Origin: a virus
Virus record (IMG/VR): IMGVR_UViG_3300035034_003571
Location: 67,160 to 131,159 of that record
Length of the DNA stretch: 64,000 bases
Reading direction: 5' to 3' (one strand)
Below, in pieces: positions 59,310 to 64,000 of the stretch. A model generated the notes under the pieces. It was not told where the DNA came from. It did no database searches and was given only the letters and a program-made list of their open reading frames with translations. A program made the translations under genes and the position numbers. The stretch's first letter is position 1; every line of letters begins with the position of its first letter.

Positions 59310-59906
59310 TTATATGGACTTAGGGGATTCCATTTTTTTCCTAATCTTATTTCTAGCTCTTCTAATTCTGGTAGCTATGGAACGTTTCTTAATGTCATAT
59401 TTCTCCGCAATGTCCTTATATTTCATTTTATTTATCTCTCGGTCTACCATAATGTCTTTATATAAAGGTGGAAGGTTTTTGATTTCTTCTATTATTTCAT
59501 CATAGATTTCATCTATCGAATCCTCGTCATCAGCAAAAGACCATAATGGATCTTTTTCTGCTGGAAGATTCTTCATACTAGCAGCAGCGATAAATTCAAC
59601 ATCACTCTCCGTTTTACTCTTATATTTTTTTCTTTCCTTTATTATTAGTAATGACTCGTTTTTAGCTATATTATAGCACCAAGTAGAAAAGTTACCCCGA
59701 TCTATATTATATTGGTCCACTTTTTGCCAAATTTTAGTCATACAATTAAGAAACGCATCTTCAGCTAATCCTTTATCTTTTAGTATACCATAACAATGAT
59801 TTAGTATTCCCGGTCTTAATCTTTCATATAAGGTTTTAAAGTTTTTATCTGTTTTTTCTTCTATAAAATTGGTCGCAATTATTTGAATGTCTTTTTCCTT
59901 AATCAT
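59310..59906 (-). CDS. ECF-type sigma-70 factor
   Basis: Region 2 (LAEDAF...FSTWCYNIAKN) and region 4 HTH (MKYKDIAEKY...SIATRIRRAR). Confidence 0.9.
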   Translation of the reverse strand: MIKEKDIQIIATNFIEEKTDKNFKTLYERLRPGILNHCYGILKDKGLAEDAFLNCMTKIWQKVDQYNIDRGNFSTWCYNIAKNESLLIIKERKKYKSKTESDVEFIAAASMKNLPAEKDPLWSFADDEDSIDEIYDEIIEEIKNLPPLYKDIMVDREINKMKYKDIAEKYDIKKRSIATRIRRARNKIRKKMESPKSI

Positions 59907-59919
59907 TTATTTTTCGTCC

Positions 59920-60465
59920 TTATTTTATTCTAACCAATTCGACCCCGCCATCTACTAGAAGGCTTAGCGATTCAGTTTTCCTGTACAAGTCCTGGAATAC
60001 TACCCTGATTATTCCTGCTTGAATTATTAGCTTGGCACATTCGTAACATGGAGAAAGGGTAACGTATAGAGTTGAACCTTCTGAGGTTTGCGTTCCTTTA
60101 GCCAATTTTGTAATAGCATTAGCCTCTGCGTGTAGTACGGAAGAATAGGTATCGTCGTTACAATCCTCACAAGGATTACTAAAACCGGAAGGGGTTCCGT
60201 TATAGCCATCCGATATTATGGATTGATTATTTACTATTAAGCATCCTACCTTTCTTCGGTTACAATGAGAGTTTTTAGCCCATACTTGTGCCATCTCTAG
60301 ATATATGAGATCTTTCCTAATTTGTTTCGTCCCCACATTAATTTTCATTTCCTCTAAATCTTTAAAAACTAAAGGATTTCCTTTTTTTGGAAAAACCCAA
60401 TATGGATTCACTAGTTGTCCCTTCTCCCCAAAAAAGGGAGAAAGGGTTGCAGGATTTTGACTCAT
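59920..60465 (-). CDS. dCMP deaminase
   Basis: VGC, GYNGTP, HAEANAI and TLSPCYECAK. Confidence 0.95.
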   Translation of the reverse strand: MSQNPATLSPFFGEKGQLVNPYWVFPKKGNPLVFKDLEEMKINVGTKQIRKDLIYLEMAQVWAKNSHCNRRKVGCLIVNNQSIISDGYNGTPSGFSNPCEDCNDDTYSSVLHAEANAITKLAKGTQTSEGSTLYVTLSPCYECAKLIIQAGIIRVVFQDLYRKTESLSLLVDGGVELVRIK

Positions 60466-60539
60466 CTTTATTATATCTAAAAGGGTGTAGTTTGGTAAAT
60501 TTAATTAAAATTTTACATAAAACTATGAACTTCTGAAAA

Positions 60540-62261
60540 TTAACTAAACCTACTATTGGGTCTATGTGGCTTATTATCCGAAATTCTAAGAGGCCCTGAA
60601 AGAGACTTAGCTATCTGATTTAATAGTCTTATGGTTTCAGGACCATAAGAGTCCGAAGGAGATTTAGATTCTTCAGAACTAGTCTTCTTTTTAGCCGGCT
60701 CCCTATTTTTCTTTTTATTACTTTCAAGAATTTTTGGCTTATCCACCTCCTGAGTATTCATACTGGATTCAGATATAGCTTTAATAAGCTCGTCTAACTT
60801 CAAGGCTATTTTTTCATTTCCCTCTATTATATCTGAACTTATATTATCCTTAGGGGTTTCTTTAATAAGGGTCTGGATTTCTTTGGATATTAGATCCTCA
60901 GATTCTGGTTCTATTAACTCTGTATCGGTTTCCTTTATTATTTTATCCTCTTCGTCTTCAGATTCTATATTCGTTTCCTCAAATACCTCAGTGAGATTAT
61001 TTATAGTGTCATTAATATTAACCATATCGAAATCATCATCAACACTTTCATTTTTTGGAATTTCCTCCGCAGTAAGAATAGGGGGTTCGTTTATTTCTTT
61101 CCTTTCGTTCCTTTCTAACTCCTCCTCTATTTTTTCTAATTTTTTCTCTGTCTCCTTTTTTTCTATATAATCTTCAAAAGTATCCTTGAATTCCTCCTCT
61201 TTAGGATTTTCCTCGGTAATAGTATCTTTAACGTTAGATTCAACGATTATAGTATCTTCCTCCTCTGATTTTGAATCATCTACTGGATTGAATTTTTCCT
61301 GGGGTTCGAATGGATTCTTTATATCTATATTTGGGGTATCTATATTAATTTCGTCTATTTCTACAGAAGTTTCCTTTATCAGTTCTGGGAGTTTATCTTC
61401 TATTGATTCCCCCTCTTCGTCATCTGCAATAGCATCAGGCTCTTTTTTAGTAAATTCTTCTACAACTTCTGGATCCTCTATATTATCAGGTGTAGATTCT
61501 TGGATTAGTTCTACTGGATTGTCTTTAATAACTTCAATAAAAGAATCTATAGAATCTGGAATTTCTTTAATCCCTTTTTCTACCGAATCCATATAATCTT
61601 TAACCTCAGTAAAAGATTCCTTTTTATTCTCCGGTTCTGGTTCAACGGGGGGTTCTGGATTTTCCAAAGGGACTTTAAGGGCCTCGCCAATCTCATTAAC
61701 TAGTTTATTTATATCTAGTTCTTTCTTTTTATTTTCCTCAAAATTTATTTCTTCTTTCTCTTCGAGATTTAATATTTCAGATCCAGGAGCCTCTATTACT
61801 ATATTATCTCCGGGTGTGGAATAATCTTCCATTTCTCTTTTCTCTAACTCTTTATCAAAAGAAGATAGCTTTTTAGAATAATTAAAAAGGATTTTATCTA
61901 GCTCTTCCGTATCAAACTCAAAAACTTTAGTTTCTGGAACCTCTAAATTTATAGATAATTCTCCCCTGTCTAACTTACCGTCTATGGATTCCTTAAATTT
62001 AGTATCTAATGTTTTTTTAAAATTTTCAGTTATTTCATCAACTGGGAAGTCTTTTATATCAAGTCCATTTTTTTCGATACTTGAAATAATATCAGACTTG
62101 AGTTTTTCTATATCAATATTTGGGATATCCTTTTTACTCGGAAGAGCTTCTAGTCTTTCTTCCATAGAATCCATACTAGACTCAACATCGTTGATCTTTG
62201 ATTTTATGGACTTTATATTCCTATTAAGTTCATTTATATATTTTTCAGATAATCCCGCCAT
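60540..62261 (-). CDS. Highly acidic, low-complexity late protein
   Basis: 573 aa, E/D/K-rich; follows the tail chaperone pair; own GATATATA motif. Confidence 0.55.
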   Translation of the reverse strand: MAGLSEKYINELNRNIKSIKSKINDVESSMDSMEERLEALPSKKDIPNIDIEKLKSDIISSIEKNGLDIKDFPVDEITENFKKTLDTKFKESIDGKLDRGELSINLEVPETKVFEFDTEELDKILFNYSKKLSSFDKELEKREMEDYSTPGDNIVIEAPGSEILNLEEKEEINFEENKKKELDINKLVNEIGEALKVPLENPEPPVEPEPENKKESFTEVKDYMDSVEKGIKEIPDSIDSFIEVIKDNPVELIQESTPDNIEDPEVVEEFTKKEPDAIADDEEGESIEDKLPELIKETSVEIDEINIDTPNIDIKNPFEPQEKFNPVDDSKSEEEDTIIVESNVKDTITEENPKEEEFKDTFEDYIEKKETEKKLEKIEEELERNERKEINEPPILTAEEIPKNESVDDDFDMVNINDTINNLTEVFEETNIESEDEEDKIIKETDTELIEPESEDLISKEIQTLIKETPKDNISSDIIEGNEKIALKLDELIKAISESSMNTQEVDKPKILESNKKKNREPAKKKTSSEESKSPSDSYGPETIRLLNQIAKSLSGPLRISDNKPHRPNSRFS

Positions 62262-62295
62262 GTTAATAAATGTTTCCTTTTATATATCTCAAAAT

Positions 62296-62484
62296 CTACC
62301 TACCAAAGCTAAATGCTTCTTTTTTCCCGCTTTTTTCGGTATTTTTTTTATTCTTATCCTCTGTTGATTCGTTTATTTTTTCTATCCATAATTGATATTC
62401 ATAGAAGGGTAGTTTTTCTACCCATTCTGGATCTACATTATGCTTATTCCAAAGGTCAAATTTAATATCAAAGAAGTTGTCCAA
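62296..62484 (-). CDS. Small tail/baseplate chaperone-associated ORF (possible frameshift extension)
   Basis: EKLPFYEYQLWIE motif; overlaps the upstream gene end in the +1 frame; only a TTG start. Confidence 0.6.
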   Translation of the reverse strand: MDNFFDIKFDLWNKHNVDPEWVEKLPFYEYQLWIEKINESTEDKNKKNTEKSGKKEAFSFGR

Positions 62485-63559
62485 GGATATCTGAAATAAC
62501 GAAAATAGATTTGATTCCGTCTTTGAAAAGGATCCTAGCTTTTATTTCTTGATTACAATTAGGACATATTAAGGAAGCTTCCAATTTAGTCCCGATTTTT
62601 AATTCCTTCGCTAACATAAAATATAAAGAAAATTCTTCCTTAGTCCAATAATCAGATTCTCTATATTTTTGGTATATTACATCTGAATTTAGATTTTTTC
62701 TATCTGGTAATATAAAGGGAAGGATATCTTTAAAAGAAGGATCTATTTCGATTTTTCTAGAATCCATTTTTTTAAAGAATTGATCTATTATTTCTTTAGT
62801 CCCTATAGTAGGCATATTCATAACAATCAAATCATCTGGGTTTTCGCGTAATCTAAATTCAAATCTTCTATTTGCAGGAGAATAATATTTCATGATTCTC
62901 TCACTAATTTTAAAAAAGTCTAAGCATCCGGTTCTTAATTCGAATCCATTTACGAAAGGGCACTCTGACTCACTCTTACATTTTTTACTAGGTCTTAGTA
63001 ATATTTTATTTTCTCCTTTTAAAAAGGTAAGATCTCTAATAGCCACTATTATATAGAATCTATCTTCCTGAATTAAGTCTAAGTAATCAACTACTCCTTC
63101 TCTAGGAAATTGCATTCTCATACATCGATCTAAAATATAGTTCAATTGAGAAGTCATAGAAATTTTATCGTCCTCATCTATCGTAGAAAAATGCCGGATC
63201 TCTACAACATCAGCGGGTCTTATAGCTATCTGGGCTCCTTCGGGATAATACCTTCCTGAAGAAGGAAGCATATCTAAAGGTAAATTCTTCCAACCAGTTT
63301 CTAGGTTGTCCCCAGTCCTTCTTATTCTGTTATCTACTTTGCCCAAAGGAGTTTTATTCAAATGAGGCTCTATGGTTTGTGAGGTCTGGTTTACGTTACC
63401 TAGGCTTTTATGATTTTCTATTCTTTCTATTAGAGGATTTACTTCCTCTATAGGTTTATCATAATCCAGTCCACCTTCCATTTCTTTAGATCTTAATAGT
63501 TCTTCTGGTGATAAATTATTTTTCATATTAGTATATTTTAAGTATATAACTGTACTCAC
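62468..63559 (-). CDS. Baseplate hub assembly / tail chaperone (T4 gp26-like)
   Basis: LPSSGRYYP, DRFYIIVAIRDLTF, MPTIG and C-terminal CPNC; true start is probably near MKNNLS. Confidence 0.7.
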   Translation of the reverse strand: MSTVIYLKYTNMKNNLSPEELLRSKEMEGGLDYDKPIEEVNPLIERIENHKSLGNVNQTSQTIEPHLNKTPLGKVDNRIRRTGDNLETGWKNLPLDMLPSSGRYYPEGAQIAIRPADVVEIRHFSTIDEDDKISMTSQLNYILDRCMRMQFPREGVVDYLDLIQEDRFYIIVAIRDLTFLKGENKILLRPSKKCKSESECPFVNGFELRTGCLDFFKISERIMKYYSPANRRFEFRLRENPDDLIVMNMPTIGTKEIIDQFFKKMDSRKIEIDPSFKDILPFILPDRKNLNSDVIYQKYRESDYWTKEEFSLYFMLAKELKIGTKLEASLICPNCNQEIKARILFKDGIKSIFVISDILGQLL

Positions 63560-63560
63560 A

Positions 63561-63597
63561 AAAAAGCGGAAAATTCTAAATAATAGAAAATTCCGCC
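63561..63597 (-). terminator. Rho-independent terminator after the tail tube gene
   Basis: GCGGAATTTTCTA...TAGAATTTTCCGC followed by TTTTTT on the minus strand. Confidence 0.7.
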
Positions 63598-63616
63598 AAA
63601 TATTGATTTTTACTGA

Positions 63617-64000
63617 TTAAAGGAATAAATCTTCCCAATAGTCTGCTTTAAAACTAGCTTCTAATATATAGATATCACCACTTTCATAAGTTAGTTCCAT
63701 TACAGACAAATCTTCGGAGAGGAAAGCATTCGGAATGCTAATTCTTCTAAATACTTCTCCAGCCTTATTAAAAACCGAAACTACCATAGATCCAGTATAA
63801 TCCGCTTTAACTCCCATAGCCCCAGTTAATGGGTTATATATTAAATCCGCCCATTGTCTTAAAGCCTTATATACAGCCATAGAATTTACATCATCTAGGT
63901 TTACCTCAAACTCTATTCTTAAATCTAAGTCAGTGGTACTTGGCTCTCCACCCGCGTATCTCCGAGTAGCAAATTTATAATGCTGCTCTACTGGAGCTTG
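63617..64000 (-). CDS. Tail tube protein (T4 gp19-like), 5'-partial
   Basis: The frame stays open to the right edge: EQHYKFATRRYAGG...FEVNLD...LRQWADLIYNPLTG...FKADYW. Confidence 0.85.
   Translation of the reverse strand, partial: QAPVEQHYKFATRRYAGGEPSTTDLDLRIEFEVNLDDVNSMAVYKALRQWADLIYNPLTGAMGVKADYTGSMVVSVFNKAGEVFRRISIPNAFLSEDLSVMELTYESGDIYILEASFKADYWEDLFL

Noticed and set aside
1-64000. Stop-codon reassignment as in some Bacteroidota megaphages
   Set aside because: Standard-code ORFs tile the window densely, core genes are full-length, and TAG and TGA both occur as genuine ends.
1-64000. tRNA or other structured RNA genes
   Set aside because: Intergenic gaps are short and explained by promoters and terminators; I saw no cloverleaf or T-loop signature by eye, though a covariance search was not run.

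Overview
AT-rich, gene-dense segment of a T4-like (myovirus) jumbo phage genome. It reads in the standard genetic code and almost entirely on the minus strand. It holds baseplate, neck and tail genes (gp6-, gp25-, gp13-, gp5-, gp27-, gp53-, gp26- and gp19-like), the head module (gp23 capsid, gp21 protease fused to a repetitive scaffold, two tandem gp20 portals, gp4, gp2-like), two sigma factors (gp55-like and ECF), replication and nucleotide genes, and two opposite-strand homing-type endonucleases. A-rich starts without Shine-Dalgarno motifs and TAnnTTTG boxes point to a Bacteroidota host (inference). The most notable observations are: duplicated portals; a late operon with ribosomal protein S1 plus an amidoligase inside the baseplate/neck module; three promoter classes suggesting a host sigma -> ECF sigma -> gp55 cascade; late promoters embedded in hairpins; a likely +1 frameshift in the tail chaperone; a family of ORFs with T4-like capsid-targeting N-termini; a 23-aa tandem-repeat protein; and several enzyme folds with eroded catalytic motifs. 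All calls come from reading motifs by eye; no searches were run.
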